A stretch of 64,000 nt of DNA from Isurus oxyrinchus (lineage: Eukaryota). Below the pieces are notes generated by a model. That model was not told where the DNA came from. It saw only the letters and a program-made list of their open reading frames with translations, and ran no database searches. The position numbers were made by a program, and so were the translations under genes. Of this stretch, positions 1 through 14,377 are shown piece after piece. Numbering within the stretch: the stretch's first letter is position 1; every line of letters begins with the position of its first letter. The DNA lies in the NCBI GenBank assembly GCA_026770705.1, contig JANJGN010000016.1:87110001-87174000 (forward strand). Direction: 5' to 3'.

Positions 1-3000
1 AGGTATGTGGGTGAGGAGGTAGTGTGGCATGCATGTGGGTAAGGGGGTAGAGTGTCAGTCAAGTGTGCAAGGAGATAGAGTGGCGGGTATGTGGGTGAGG
101 GGACTTTTGTGGCAGGCAAGTGGGTGAGGGGATAAGGTGCCAGGAAAGTGGGTGAGGGGGTAGGTTGTCTGTTAAGTGAGTGATGTGTTAGCGTGTCAAG
201 TAAGTGGTTGAGGTGGTAGAGATTCAGCTAAGAGGATGAAAGGATAGAAGAGTATCAGGTAAGTGGGCGAGGGTGTAGGGCATCATGTAAGTGGGCGAGG
301 GTGTAGGGTGTCAGGTAAGTGGGTGAGGAGGCATGGTGGCAGGTAAGGTGACGATGGGGTAGGGCGGTAGGCAAGTGGGCGTAGGGGTCGAGTGTCAGGC
401 AAGTGGGCGAGGGGATAGAGTGTCAGGCAATTGGGTGAGGGGGTAGAGTGTCAAGTAGATGGGTGAGGGTCTAGGATGGCAGGCAAGTGGGTGAAGGAGT
501 AGGGTGTCAGGCAAGTGGGTGAGGGATAGAGTGTCAGGTAAATGCATCAGCGTTAGAGTGGCAGGCAAGTTGGTGAGCAGGTGGGGTGGCAGGCAAGTGG
601 GTGAGGGGGTAGATTTTCAGGAACGAAGGTGAGGGTGTACTGTGTCAGATATGTGGGTGAGGTGGTAGGGTGTCAGTCAAGTGGGTAAGGGGATAGAGTG
701 GCGGTTAAGTGGGTGATGGGGTAGAGTGCCATGTAAGTGGGTGAGGGGTTTGGGTTGCAGGTAATTGGGTGAGGGGGTATGGGAGCAGGTAATTTGGCCA
801 GGGGGTAGTGTGGCAGGCAAGTGGATGAATATGTAGAGTATCAGGCAAGTGGGTGAGGGGTAGAGCGTCAGGTAAATGGTTCAGGGGGTAGAATGTCAGG
901 GAAGTTGGCCAGGGGTTAGGGTGGCATGTAAGTTGGTGATTGGGTAGAGTGTCAGGCAAGTGGGTGAGGGGGCAGAGTGGCAGTTATGTTGGTGAGGGTG
1001 TAGACGTCAAATAAATTTGTGAGAAGCAGCATGTAAAGCAAGTGGACAAGGGGTTAGATTGTCAGGTAAGTGGTTGAGGTGGTAGAGTGTCAGCTAAGAG
1101 AATGAGGGTGTAGAGTATCAGGTACATGGGTGAGGGGGTAGAGTGTCAGGCAATTGGGCGAGGGGGTAAATTGTCAGATAAGTGGGTGAGGGTGTAGAGT
1201 GTCAGGTAGGTGGGTGATGGGTAGGGTGGCAGGCCGTTGGGGGAGGGGGTAGAATGTCAGGCAAGTGGATGAGGCAGTAGGGGACAGGAAAGTGGGTGAG
1301 GGGGTTGGGTGGCAGGCAAGTGGATTGGGGGCATAGGGTGGCAGGCAAGTGGCAGAGGGGTAGAGTGTCAGGAAATTGTGTTAGGTTGTACGGTGGCTGG
1401 CAAGTGGTTGAGGGGGTAGGGTGGCACCCAAGTGGGTGAGGCTGTCATGTATCAGGTAAATGTGTGAGGGGGCATGTTGGCAAGTCTGTTGGTGATGGGG
1501 TCGGGTGGCACGCAATTAGGTGAATGGATAGAGTGTTAGGCAAGTGGGCGAGGGGTTAGAGTAGCAGGTAAGTTGGTGAGGGGCTAGATGTCAAGCAAGT
1601 GTAAGAAGTAGGGTATCAGGCACGTGGGCGAGGGGGTAGATATTCAGGTAAGTGGGCGAGGGGGTAGATATTCAGGTAAGTGGGTGAGGGGGTAGAGTGT
1701 CTCTATAAGTAGGCAAGGTGTTAGGGCAGCATGAATGTGAGTGAGGGGCTAGAGTATTAAGTCAGTGGGTGAGGGGGTTGAGTGTCAGGTAAGTGGGTGA
1801 GGGGGTAGAGTGTCAGGTAAGTGGGTGAGGGGGTAGAGTGTCAGGTTGGTGGGTGAGGGTGTAGATTGTCAGGTAAATGGGTGAGGGGATAGACTGTCAG
1901 GTTGGTGGGTGAGGGGTAGGGTGGCAGGCCATTTTGTTGGGGGGTAGAATGTCAGGCAAGTGGATGAGGCAGTAGGGTAGCAGGAAAGTGGGTGAGAAGG
2001 TGGGGTGGCAGGCAAGTGGATGGGGGGTGTAGGGTGGCAGGCAAGTGGGAGAAAGGGTAGAGTGTCAGGAAATTGGGTTAGGTTGTAGAGTGGCTGGCAT
2101 GTGGTTGAGGGGGTAGGGCGGGAGCCAATTGGGTGAGGGGGTCGTGTGTCAGGGGTAAGTGGGTGAGAGGGTAGGGTGGCAGGTAAGTTGGCGATGGGTG
2201 AATGGATAGAGTGTCAGGCAAGTGGGCAGGGGGTTGGGTGTCAGGTAAGTGGGTGAATGGCTAGAGTATGAGGCAATTAGGCGAGGGGCTATTGTAGCAG
2301 GTAAGTTGGTGAGGGGGTAGATGTCAAGTAAGTGTGTGAGGAAGTTGGGTATCAGGCACTTGGGTGAGGGATTAGAGTGTCTCAACAAGTAGGAGAGGGT
2401 TTAGGGTGGCATGAATGTGGGTGAGGGTGTAGAGTGTCAAGTAACTGGGTGAGGGGGTAGAGTGTCAGGCAAGTGGGTGAGGGGGTAGAATGTCATTTAA
2501 GTGAGTGAGGTGTTAGCGTGTCAGGTAAGAGGCTGAGAGGGTAGAGTATCCGGTACGTGGGTGAGGGGATAGAGTATCAGATACGTGGGTGAGGGGGTAG
2601 AGTGTCAGGCAAGTGGGCGAGGGGGGTAGAGTGTCAGATAAGTGGATGAGGGGGTAGAGTATGAGGTAGGTGGGTGATGGGTAGGGTGGCAGGCCATTGG
2701 GGGAGGGGGTAGAATGTCAGGCAAGTGGATGAGGCAGTAGGGTGGCAGGAAAGTGTGTGAGGGGGTAGGGTGGCAGCCAAGTGGATGGGGGGTGTAGGTT
2801 GGCAGGCAAGTGGGAGAGGGGGTAGATGTCAGGAAATTGGCTTAGGTTGTAGGGTTGTTGAGGGGGTAGGGTGGCATCCAGATGGGTGAGGGGGTCGTGT
2901 GTCAGGTAAGTGTGTGAGGAGGTATGTTGGCTGGTCTGTTGGCGATGGAGTCAGATGGCAGGCATGTAGGTGAATGGATAGAGTGTCAGGTAAGTGGGTG

Positions 3001-6000
3001 AGGGTGTAGGGCATCAGGTAAGTGGATGAGGGTGTACGGTGGCAGGTAAGTTGACGATGGGGTAGGGCGGTAGGCAAGTAGGTGATTGGGTAGAGTGTCA
3101 GGCAAGTGGGCGAGGTGTAGAGAGGCAGGTATTTGGGTGAGAGGCAGAGTGTCAGTTAAGTTGGTGAGGGGGTAGATAGGGTGAGGAAGCAGGGTGTCAA
3201 GCATGTGGGTGAGTGGGTGGGGTGGCAGGCAAGAGGGAGAGGTGTTACATTGTCAGGTAATTGGGTGAGGTGTTAGGGTGGCAGGCCAATGCACGAGAGG
3301 GTGGAGTGCCAGGTAATTGGGTGAGGGGAAATTGTGGCAGGCAAGTGGGTGAGGGGATGTAATGGCAGGTAAGTAGTTGAGGGGGTAGGTTGGCAGGCAA
3401 GTGGGCGAGAGTGTAGGGTTGCAGGAAAGTGGGCGAGGGGGGTAGGGTGGCAGGCAAGTGGGTGAGTGGGTAGAGTGTGAGGAAAGTGGGTTAGACGGTA
3501 GAGTATCAGGTAAGTGGGTGATGGGTTAGGGTGTGAGTCAAGTGGGTGAGGGGGCAGAGTGTCAGGTAAGTGGGTGAGGGGTTTGGGTTGCAGGTAATTG
3601 GGTGAGGGGGTATGGGAGCAGGTAATTTGGCCAGGGGGTAGTGTGGCAGGCAAGTGGGTGAATATGTAGATTATCAGGCAAGTGGGTGAGGGGGCAGAGT
3701 GTCAGGTAAGTGGGCGTGGGGGGAGAGTGTCAGGTAAGTGGGCGTGGGGGGAGAGTGTCAGGTAAGCAGGTGAGGGGGTAGAGTGTCAATTAAGTGGGTG
3801 AGGGGGTAGGGTGGCAGGCAGGTGGGTTGGGGTATTGTGGCAGGCAAGTGGAGGCGGGGGTAGAGTGTCAGTTAAGTGGGTAAGGGTGTAGTAGGTCAGG
3901 TAAGTCAGTGAGATGGTAGAGTGTCAGTTAAGTGGGTGAGGGGGTAGTGGGTCAGGTAAATGGACAAGGAGGGATGTTGTCAGGCAAGTGGGTGAGGGGT
4001 AGAGTGTCAGGTAAATGCGTCAGGGTTAGGGTGGCAGGCAAGTTGGTGAGGAGGTGGGGTAGCAGGCAAGTGGGTGAGGGGGTAGATTGTCAGGAACGAA
4101 AGTGAGGGTGTACTGTGTCAGATATGTGGGTGAGTTGGTAGGGTGTCAGTCAAGTGGGTAAGGGGATAGAGTGGCGGTTAAGTGGGTGAGGGGGGTAGAG
4201 TGGCGGTTAAGTGGGTGAGGGGGTAGAGTGCCATGTAAGTGGGTGAGGGGTTTGGGTTGCAGGTAATTGGGTGAGGGGGTATGGGAGCAGGTAATTTGGC
4301 CAGGGGGTAGTGTGGCATGTAAGTCGGTGATTGGGTAGAGTGCCAGGCAAGTGGGTGAGGAGGCAGAGTGGCAGTTATGTTGGTGAGGGTGTAGACATCA
4401 AGTAAATCTGTGAGAAGCAGCATGTAAAGCAAGTGGACAAGGGGTTAGATTGTCAGGTAAGTGGTTGAGGTGGTAGAGTGTCAGCTAAGAGAATGAGGGT
4501 GTAGAGTATCAGGTACATGGGTGAGGGGGTAGAGTGTCAGGTAGGTGGGTGATGGGTAGGGTGGCAGGCCGTTGGGGGAGGGGGTAGAATGTCAGGCAAT
4601 TGGATGAGGCAGTAGGGGGGCAGGAAAGTGGGTTAGGTGGTTGGGTGGCAGGCAAGTGGCAGAGGGGTAGAGTGTCAGGAAATTGTGTTAGGTTGTCCGG
4701 TGGCTGGCAAGTGGTTGAGGGGGTAGGGTGGCATTCAAATGGGTGAGGGGGTTGAGTGTCAGGTAAGTGGTTGAGCGGTTAAGAGTCAGACAATTGGGTG
4801 ATTGGGTAGAGTGCCAGGTGGGTGGTTGAGGGGGTAGAGTGTCAGGTAGGTGGATGAGGGGGTAGGGCAACAGGAAAATTGGTGAGGGGGTAGAATGTCA
4901 GGCAAGTATGTGAGGGGATAGAGTATCAGGTAAGTGGGTGAGGCGAAAGGGTGGCAGGCAGGTGGGCAAGGGGTAGGGTGCCAGGTACTTGGGTGAGGGG
5001 CATGGTGTCAGGTAAGTGGGTGAGGGGGTAGGGTGCCAGGTACTTGGGTGAGGGCCATGGTGTCAGGTAAGTGGGTGAGGGGGTTCAGTGTAAGGCAAGT
5101 GGGATAGGGGATAGAGTGTCAGGTAAGTGGGTGAGGGGTTAGGGTGGCAGGCAAGTGGGTCAGGGGGAATTATGGCAGGCAAGTGGGGGAGGGGCTAGTG
5201 TGTCTGGTAGGTGGGTGAGAGGGGAGGGTGACAGGCAAGTTGGTGAGTGGGTAGTGTGTCAGGTAAATGGGTCAGGGTTAGGTTGGCAAGCAGGTTGTTT
5301 AAGGTATAGCATGACAGGCAAGTGGGTGAGAGGGTAGGATGGCAGGCAAGTGGGTGAGGGGGTAGTGTGACAGGTAAGTGGGTGAGGTGTTAGGGTGGCA
5401 GTCAAGTGGGTGAGGGGTTAGAATGGCGGGCAAATGGTTGAGGGGTTAGTGTAGCAGGCAAGTGAGTGATGGGGTAGGGTGGCAGTCAAGTGGGTAACTG
5501 GGTAGGTTGGCAGGCAAGCAGATGAGGGGGTAGAGTGTCAGGAAATTATGTGAGGGTATAGAGTGGGTGGCAAGTGGTTGAGAGGGTAGGGTGTCAGGCA
5601 ATTGGTTTACTGGGTAGTGTGTCAGGTAATGGGTGAGGGGCAGAGTAACAGGTAAGTCTGTGAGGGGATAGAGTATCAGGTAAGTGGGTGAGGGGGTAGG
5701 GTGTCATGTAGTTGGGTGAGGGGCATGGTGACAGGTAAGTGGGTGAGAGGGTTCAGTGTAAGGCAAATGGGATAGAGAATAAAGTGTCAGGTAAGTGGGT
5801 GAGGGGTTAGGGTGGCAGGCAAGTGGGTGAGGGGCTTGAGTTTCAGGTAAGTGGGTGAGGAGTTAGGGTGGCAGGCAAGTGGGTCATGGGGGTATTATGG
5901 CAGGCAAGTGGGAGAGGGGGTAGTGTGTCAGGTAAGTGGGTGAGTTGGTATAGTGTCAGGTAAGTGCATGATGGGTTAGTGGGTTAGCTAAGTGGATGAG

Positions 6001-9000
6001 AGGGGAGGGTGACAGACAACTTGGTGAGGGGATAGAATGTCAGGTAACTGGGTGAGGGGGGTAGAGTGTCAGGTAAGTGGGTCAGGGTTAGGTTGGCAGG
6101 CAGGTTGGTGAGGGGTGGGGTGGAGGGCAAATGGGTGAGTGGTTAGTGTAGCAGGCAAGTGAGTGAGAGGGTAAGGTGGCAGGCAAGTGGATGAGGGGGT
6201 AGAGTATTAGGAAATTATGTGACGGTGTAGGGTGGGTGGCAAGTGCTTGAGAGGGTAGGGTGTCAGGCAATTGGTTGATGTGCTTTTGCGTCAGGTAATG
6301 GGTGAGGGGCAGGGTGTCAGTAGTCCGTGAGGGGATAGATTATTAGGTAAGTGAGTGAGGGGTTAGAGTGGCATGCAAGTGGGTGAGGGGTTAAGAGTCA
6401 GGCAACTGGGCGAGTGGGTAGAGTGCCAGGTGGGTGGTTGAGGGGGTAGAGTGTGAGGTAGGTGGATGAGGGGGTAGGGCGACAGGAAAATTGGTGAGGG
6501 GGTAGTGTGTCAGGTAATTGGGTGAGGGGGTGGAGTGTCAGGTAAATGGGTCAGGTTTAGGTTGGCCAGCAGGTTGGTGAGGGGGTGGGTGGCAGGCACG
6601 TGGGTGAATGGGTAGAGTAGAGTGTCAGATAGGTGGGTGAGGCCGTAGCATGAGAGGCAAGTGGGTGAGGGGGTAGGATGGCAGACAAGTGTGTGAGGGG
6701 GTAACGTGACAGGTAAGTGGGTGAGGTGATAGGGTGGCAAGTCGTTGAGGGGGTAGGGTCGCAGGGAAGTGGGTGAAGGGATAGTATGACAGGTAAGTGG
6801 ATAAGGGGGTAGAGTGTCTCGATAAGTAGGCGAGGGGGTAGGGTGGCAGGTATGTGGGTGAGGGGGTATTGTGGTAGGCAAGTGGTAGAGAGGGTAAAGT
6901 ATCAGGTAATTGCGTGAGGGGGTAGGGTGTCAGGCAAGTGGGTGAGGGCGTATCATGGCAGACAATAGGGAGAGGGGTTAGTGTGTCAGGTTAGTCGATG
7001 AGAGGTTAGGGTGGCAGGAAAGTAGGTGAGGGAATAGTAGGTGAGGTGGTAGGGTGGCAGGCAAGTGGGTGAGGGGGTAGGGTGGCAGGCAAGTGGGTGA
7101 GGGGGTAGGGTGGCAGAAAATGGGTGAGGGGGTAGTGGGTCAGGAAATCGGTGAGGGGCTATGGTGCCAGGCAAGTAGGGAAAGGGGTAGAGTGTCAGGT
7201 AATTTGGTGAGGGGGTAGAATGTCAGGTAAATGGGTCCGGGTTAGGGTGGCAGGCGATAGGGTCGGGTGTCAGGCAAGTGGGTGAGAGGGTAGATTGTTC
7301 GGTAAGTGGGTGAGAGGGTAGATTGTTCGGTAAGTGGATGAGGGGGTAGATTGTTCGGTAAGTGGGTGAGAGGGTAGATTGTTCGGTAAGTGGGTGAGGG
7401 GGTAGATTGTTCGGTAAGTGGGTGAGGGGGTAGATTGTTCGGTAAGTGGGTGAGGGGGTAGATTGTTCGGTAAGTGGATGAGGGGGTAGATTGTTCGGTT
7501 AGTGGGTGAGGGGGTAGTGTGTTACGTAAATGGGTCAGGGTTAGGGTGGCAGGCGAAAGGGTCGGGTGTCAGGCAAGTGGGCAAAGGGGTAGATTGTCAG
7601 GAACTAATGTGATGGGTACTGGGTCATGTAAGTGGGTGAGGGTGGCAGGCGAGGGTGTTGAGTGGCAGTTAAGTGGGTGAGGGAGTAGAGTGACAGGCAA
7701 GTGGGCGAGGGTATAGAATGGCGGGTAAGTGGGTGAGGGGGTAGAGTGGTTGGTAAGTTGGCCAGGGGGTAGGGTGGCAGGCAAGTGGGTGAGTGGGTAG
7801 AGTGGCAGGTAATTGGATGAGGTGTCAGAGTGGCAGTCAAGTGGGTGAGGGGATATATTGTCAGATAGGTGGGTTAGTGGGTAGAGTGACAAGCATTTAG
7901 GTGAGGGGGTAGGGTGTCAGGTAAATGAGGGAGGCAGTAGGGTGGCAGGCATATGGGTGAGGGGTTAGATTGTCAGGGAAGTGGGCGAGGGGGTAGAGTA
8001 TCAGGTAAGTGGTGGAAAGAGAAAAGAATCTGGTAAGTGGGTGAGGGAATGGGGCATCAAGTGGGTGAGGGGGTAGAGTGTCAGGTTTGTCTGCGAGGGA
8101 GTAGAGTGTCAGGTAAGTGGTAGAGAGAGTAGAGTATCTGGTACGTGGGTGAGGGAATGGGGCATCAAGTGGGTGAGGGGGTAGAGTGTCAGGTTTGTCT
8201 GCGAGGGAGTAGAGTGTCAGGTAAGTGGTAGAGAGAGTAGAGTATCTGGTACGTGGGTGAGGGAATGGGGCATCAAGTGGGTGAGGGGGGTAGAGTGTCA
8301 GGTTTGTCTGCGAGGGAGTAGAGTGTCAGGTAAGTGGTAGAGAGAGTAGAGTATCTGGTACGTGGGTGAGGGAATGGGGCATCAAGTGGGTGAGGGGGTA
8401 GAGTGTCAGGTTTGTCTGCGAGGGAGTAGAGTGTCAGGTAAGTGGTAGAGAGAGTAGAGTATCTGGTACGTGGGTGAGGGGTTCAGAGTGCCAGTCAAGT
8501 GGGTGAGGGGAGAGTGTGTCAGGTTAGTGGGCGAGGGGGTAGAGTGTGTGGTAAATGAGTGAGGGAGTAGTGTGTAAAGGAAGAGGATGAGGGGGTAGAG
8601 TGTCAGGTAGGTGGATGAGGGCGTGGGGCAGCAGGCAAGGGGATGAGCGGGTAGGGTGGCAGGGAATTGGTTGAGGGGGTATTGTGGTAGGCAAGTGGGT
8701 GAGGGGGTAAAGTGTCTGGCAAGTGGACAAGGTGATAGAATGGTGGGTAAGTGGGTGAGGGGGTAGAGTGGCAGCTAAGTTGGCCAGAGGGTAGGATGGC
8801 AGGCATGTGAGTTCATGGGTAGAGTGGCAGGTAATTGGGTGAGGGGTTAGAGTGTCAGTTTAGTGGGTGAGGGGTTAGAGTGTCAGTTTAGTGGGTGAGG
8901 GGGTAGTGAGTCAGCTAAATGAGTGAGGGAATAGATTGGCAGTTAAGTGGGTGAGGGGGTGGAGTGTCACGAAAGTGGGTGAGGGTGTAGGGTGGCTGGC

Positions 9001-10134
9001 AAGTGTTTGAGGGGTAGGGTGGAAGGTAAGTGGGTGAGGGGGTATTGTGTCAGGTAAGTGCTTGAGGGGGTACAGTATCAGGCAAGTGGGATAGAGGTTA
9101 GAGTGTCGGGAAAGCAGGTGAGTGGTTAGGGTGGCTGGTAAGTGGGTGATGGAGTAGGGTGGCAGTCAAGAGCGTGAGGGGGTACTGTGTCAGGTGAGTG
9201 GGTAAGTGGGTAGGTTGTCAGGCAAGTGGGTGAGGGGGGAGGGTGTCAGGCAAGTGAGTGAGGAGATAGAGAGTCAGGTAATTGGGTTAGTGTTAGGGTC
9301 ACAGGCAGGTTGGTGAGGGGATGGGGTGGCAGGTAAACGTGTGATGAAGTAGTGTGTCAGTCGATTGGGTGAGGGGTTAGAGTGCCATGTAAGTGGGTGA
9401 GATAAGTTGGCCAGGGGGTAGGATGGCAGGCACATGGCTGCCTGGGTAGGTAAGTGGGTGAGGGGTTAGAGTGTCAGGTAAGTGGGTGAGTGGGTAGGGT
9501 GTCAGACAAGTGGGCAAGGGGGTATTTTGTCGGGTAAGTGGGTGGGGGGTAGAGTGTCAGGTAGTTGGGTGAGGGGGTAGGGCATCAGGCAAGTTGGTGA
9601 GGGGTTTGAGTGTCAGGTAAGTGGGTGAGGGGTTAGAGTGTCAGGTAAGTGTGTGAGGGGGCAGGTTGTCAGGCAAGTGGGTGAAGAATAGTGCGTCAGG
9701 CAAGTGTGTGAAGAGATAGAGGGTCAGGTAATTGGGTCAGGGTTAGGGTGGCAGGCAAGTTGGTGAGAGGGTGGGGTGGCAGGCAAGTTGGTGAGAGGGT
9801 GGGGTGGCAGGCAAGTGGGCGAGGGGGTAGAGTGTCAGGTAGGTGGATGAGGGGGTAGGGCGGTAGGTATGTTGTTGAGGGGTTAGAGTATCTGCTATGT
9901 GGGTGAGGGGTTAGAGAGTCAGGCAAGTGAGGAGGAGCGTAGAGTGTCAGGCAATTGGTAGAGAGTTTAAAGTATCAGCTAAGTGTGAGAGGGGGCAGGG
10001 TGTCAGGTAAGTGTGTGAGGGTTTACAGTATCAGGTAAGTGAGCGAGCGGGTAGGGTGGCAGGAAAGTAGGTGAGGGGGTAGGGTTGCAAACAAGTTGCT
10101 GAGTGGGTAGAGTGTCAGGAAAGTGGGTGAGGGG

Positions 10135-12965
10135 ATAGGGTGGCAGGCAAGTGGGTCAGGGGGTAGTATGTCAGGTATGTGGGGGGGGGGGGTAGTGTGT
10201 CAGGTAAGTGGGTGAGGGGGTAGAGTGTCAGATAAATGGGTCAGGGATAAGGGTGGCAGGTGAGGCAGTGGGGTGGCAGGCAAGTGGGTGAGGGGGTAGT
10301 GTGTCACATAAATGGGTCAGGGTTAGGGTGGCAGGCAAAAGGGTGAAGGGGTAGATTGTCAGGAACTAATGTGATGGGTACTGGGTCATGTAAGTGGGTG
10401 AGGGTGGCAGGCGAGGGGGTTGAGTGTCAGGCTAGTGGGTGAGGTAGTTGTTTGGCTGACAAGTGTGTGAGCAGGTAGGGTGCCAGTTAAGTGTGTGAGA
10501 GGGTAGGGTGGCTGGTAAGTTGGCCAGCGTGTAGGGTGGCAGGCAAGTGGGTGAATGGGTAGAGTGGCAGGTAAGTGGGTGAGGGGTCAGAGTGACAGGT
10601 AAGTGGGCGAGGTGGTAGAATGGCGGGTAAGTGGGTGAGGGGGTAGAGTGCCATGTAAGCAGGTGAGTTGTTAAGGTGGCAGGTAAGTTGGCCAGGGAGT
10701 AGGCTGGCAGGCACATGGGTGCGTGGGTGGAGTGGAGTGGCAGGTAAGAGGCTGAGGGGTTAGGGTGTCAAGTATGTTGGTGAGTGGGTAGGGTGGCAGG
10801 AAAGTGGTTGAGGGGTTAGTGTGTCAGGTAAGTGCTGAGGTGGTACAGTGTCAGGTAAGTGTGTAAGTGGGTAGATTGTCAGGCAAGTGGGTGAGGGGGT
10901 AGTGGGTCACTAAGTGGTTGAGGGGGTAGTGTGTCAGGTAAGTGCTGAGGTGGTACAGTGTCAGGTAAGTGTGTAAGTGGGTAGATTGTCAGGCAAGTGG
11001 GTGAGGGGGCAGTGGGTCACTAAGTGGGTGAGGGGGGAGGGTGCCAGGCAAGTGGGTGAGGGGGTAGTGTATCAGATAAGTAGGTGAGGGGGTAGGGTGA
11101 CAGGCAAGTGTATGATGGTGTAAGGTGGCAGGAATGTGGTTCAGTGGGGTAGGGTGGCAGGCAAGTTGGTGAAGGGGTAGAGTGTCAGGCATTTGGGCGA
11201 GGGGCAGTGTGTCAGGTAAGTGGGTGAGGTTGTAAAGTATCAGGTAACTGGACGAGGGGGTAGAGTGTCAGGCAAGTGGATGAGAGTGTAGAGTGGCAGG
11301 TAGATGTGTGAAGGGGTAGGGCATCAGGCAAATAGGTGAGTGTGTAGGGTATCAGACCAGTGGATGAGGGCGTAGCTTGGCAGGCAAGTGAGTGTGGGGG
11401 TAGTGTGGCAGGCAAGGGGGTGAGTAGGTAGTGTGTCAGGTAAGTGGGTGAAGGGGCAAGATTGTCAGGTAAATGGGTGAGGGGGTAGAGTGTCAGGCAA
11501 GTGGGTGAGAAGATAGGGTGGCAGGCAATTCGGTGAGGGGTTGGAATGGTAGGAAAGTGGGTGAGGGGGTAGGGTGGCAGGCAAGTGGGTCAGGGGGTAG
11601 TATGTCAGGTATGTGGGGGGGGGGTAGTGTGTCAGGTAAGTGGGTGAGGGGGTAGAGTGTCAGATAAATGGGTCAGGGATAAGGGTGGCAGGTGAGGCAG
11701 TGGGGTGGCAGGCAAGTGGGTGAGGGGGTAGTGTGTCACATAAATGGGTCAGGGTTAGGGTGGCAGGCAAAAGGGTGAAGGGGTAGATTGTCAGGAACTA
11801 ATGTGATGGGTACTGGGTCATGTAAGTGGGTGAGGGTGGCAGGCGAGGGGGTTGAGTGTCAGGCTAGTGGGTGAGGTAGTTGTTTGGCTGACAAGTGTGT
11901 GAGCAGGTAGGGTGCCAGTTAAGTGTGTGAGAGGGTAGGGTGGCTGGTAAGTTGGCCAGCGTGTAGGGTGGCAGGCAAGTGGGTGAATGGGTAGAGTGGC
12001 AGGTAAGTGGGTGAGGGGTCAGAGTGACAGGTAAGTGGGCGAGGTGGTAGAATGGCGGGTAAGTGGGTGAGGGGGTAGAGTGCCATGTAAGCGGGTGAGT
12101 TGTTAAGGTGGCAGGTAAGTTGGCCAGGGAGTAGGCTGGCAGGCACATGGGTGCGTGGGTGGAGTGGAGTGGCAGGTAAGAGGCTGAGGGGTTAGGGTGT
12201 CAAGTATGTTGGTGAGTGGGTAGGGTGGCAGGAAAGTGGTTGAGGGGTTAGTGTGTCAGGTAAGTGCTGAGGTGGTACAGTGTCAGGTAAGTGTGTAAGT
12301 GGGTAGATTGTCAGGCAAGTGGGTGAGGGGGTAGTGGGTCACTAAGTGGTTGAGGGGGTAGTGTGTCAGGTAAGTGCTGAGGTGGTACAGTGTCAGGTAA
12401 GTGTGTAAGTGGGTAGATTGTCAGGCAAGTGGGTGAGGGGGTAGTGGGTCACTAAGTGGGTGAGGGGGGAGGGTGCCAGGCAAGTGGGTGATGGTGTAAG
12501 GTGGCAGGAATGTGGTTCAGTGGGGTAGGGTGGCAGGCAAGTTGGTGAAGGGGTAGAGTGTCAGGCATTTGGGCGAGGGGCAGTGTGTCAGGTAAGTGGG
12601 TGAGGTTGTAAAGTATCAGGTAACTGGACGAGGGGGGTAGAGTGTCAGGCAAGTGGATGAGAGTGTAGAGTGGCAGGTAGATGTGTGAAGGGGTAGGGCA
12701 TCAGGCAAATAGGTGAGTGTGTAGGGTGTCAGACCAGTGGATGAGGGCGTAGCTTGGCAGGCAAGTGAGTGTGGGGGTAGTGTGGCAGGCAAGGGGGTGA
12801 GTAGGTAGTGTGTCAGGTAAGTGGGTGAAGGGGCAAGATTGTCAGGTAAATGGGTGAGGGGGTAGAGTGTCAGGCAAGTGGGTGAGAAGATAGGGTGGCA
12901 GGCAATTCGGTGAGGGGTTGGAATGGTAGGAAAGTGGGTGAGGGGGTAGGGTGGCAGGCAAGTGG
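10135..12965. repeat. ~1.43 kb tandem duplication within the 28-bp satellite
   Basis: ORF pairs 10432/11864 and 10487/11919 (offset 1432); the second copy lacks about two monomers near 12490. Confidence 0.85.
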
Positions 12966-14377
12966 GTTAGTAGGTAGTGTGTCAGGTAAGTGGGTGAAGG
13001 GGTAGGTGTCAGATAAATGTGTGAGGGGATAGGATGTCAGGTAAGTGGATGAGGGGTCAGAGTGGCAGGTAAGTGGGTGAGGGGATAGTGTGACAGGCAA
13101 GTGGGCAAGGTGATAGAATGAAGGGTAAGTGGATGAAGGGGTAGAGTGCCATGTAAGCAGGTGAGGGGTTAGGGTGGCAAGTAAGTTGGCCAGGGAGGAG
13201 GCTGGCAGGCACATGGGTGCGTGGGTGGAGTGGCAGGAAAGTGGATGAGGGGATAATGTGTCAGGTACGTGTGTGAGGGTGTAGAGTGTCATGTAAGTGT
13301 GCAAGTGGGTAGAGTGTCATGCAAGTGGGTAAGGGGGGTAGAGTGTCAGGTAAGTAGATGAGGGGGTAGAGTGTCAGGTAAGTAGGTGAGTGGGTAGAGT
13401 GTCAGGTAAGTGGGTGAGGGGGTAGATTGTCAGATAGGTGGGTTAGTGGGTAGAATGTCAAGCATTTAGGTGAGGGGGTAGAGTGTCAGGTAAATGAGGG
13501 AGGGTGTAGGGTGGCAGGCAAGTGGGTGAGGGGTTAGATTGTCAGGTAAATGGGGGAGGGTGTTGGGTGGCAGGTAAGTAGGCGAGGGGGTGGAGTGTCA
13601 GGTAAGTGGTAGAGAGAGTAGAGTATCTGGTAAGTGGGTGAGGGGATGGGGCATCAAGTGGTTGAGGGGGTAGAGTGTCAGGTTTGTCTGCGAGGGAGTA
13701 GAGTGTCAGGTAAGTGGTAGAGAGAGTAGAGTATCTGGTATGTGGGTGAGGGGTTCAGAGTGCCAGTCAAGTGGGTGATGGGGAGAGTGTGTCAGGTTAG
13801 TGGGCGAGGGGGTAGAGTGTGTGGTAAATGAGTGAGGGAGTAGTGTGTAAAGGAAGTAGATGAGGGGGTAGAATGTCAGGTAGGTGGATGAGGGCGTGGG
13901 GCAGCAGGCAAGGGGATGAGCGGATAGGGTGTCAGGCAATTGGTTGAGAGGGTATTGTGGTAGGCAAGTGGGTGAGGGGGTAAAATGTCAGGCAAGTGGA
14001 CAAGGTGATAGAATGGTGGGTAAGTGGGTGAGGGGCTAGAGTGCCAGGTAAGTGGTGAGGGGTTAGGGTAGCAGGTAAGTTGGCTAGAGGGTAGGATGGC
14101 AGGCATGTGGGTTCATGGGTAGAGTGGCAGGTAAGTGGGTGAGGGGGGTAGTGAGTCAACTAAGTGGGTGAGGGAATAGAATGGCAGGCAAGTGGGTGTG
14201 GGGGTAATGTGGAAGGCAAGTAGGTGAGGGGGTAGGGAGGCAGGCAAGTAGGTGAGGGGGTAGGGAGGCAGGCAAGTGGGTGAGGGGGTAGAGTGTCATG
14301 AAAGTGGGTGATGATGTAGGGAGAATGGCAAGTGTTTGAGGGGTAGGGTGGAAGGTAAGTGGGTGAGGGGGTATTGT

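Noticed and set aside
912-921. Telomeric TTAGGG array
   Set aside because: Only isolated GGGTTAGGG variants within 28-bp monomers; no tandem (TTAGGG)n.
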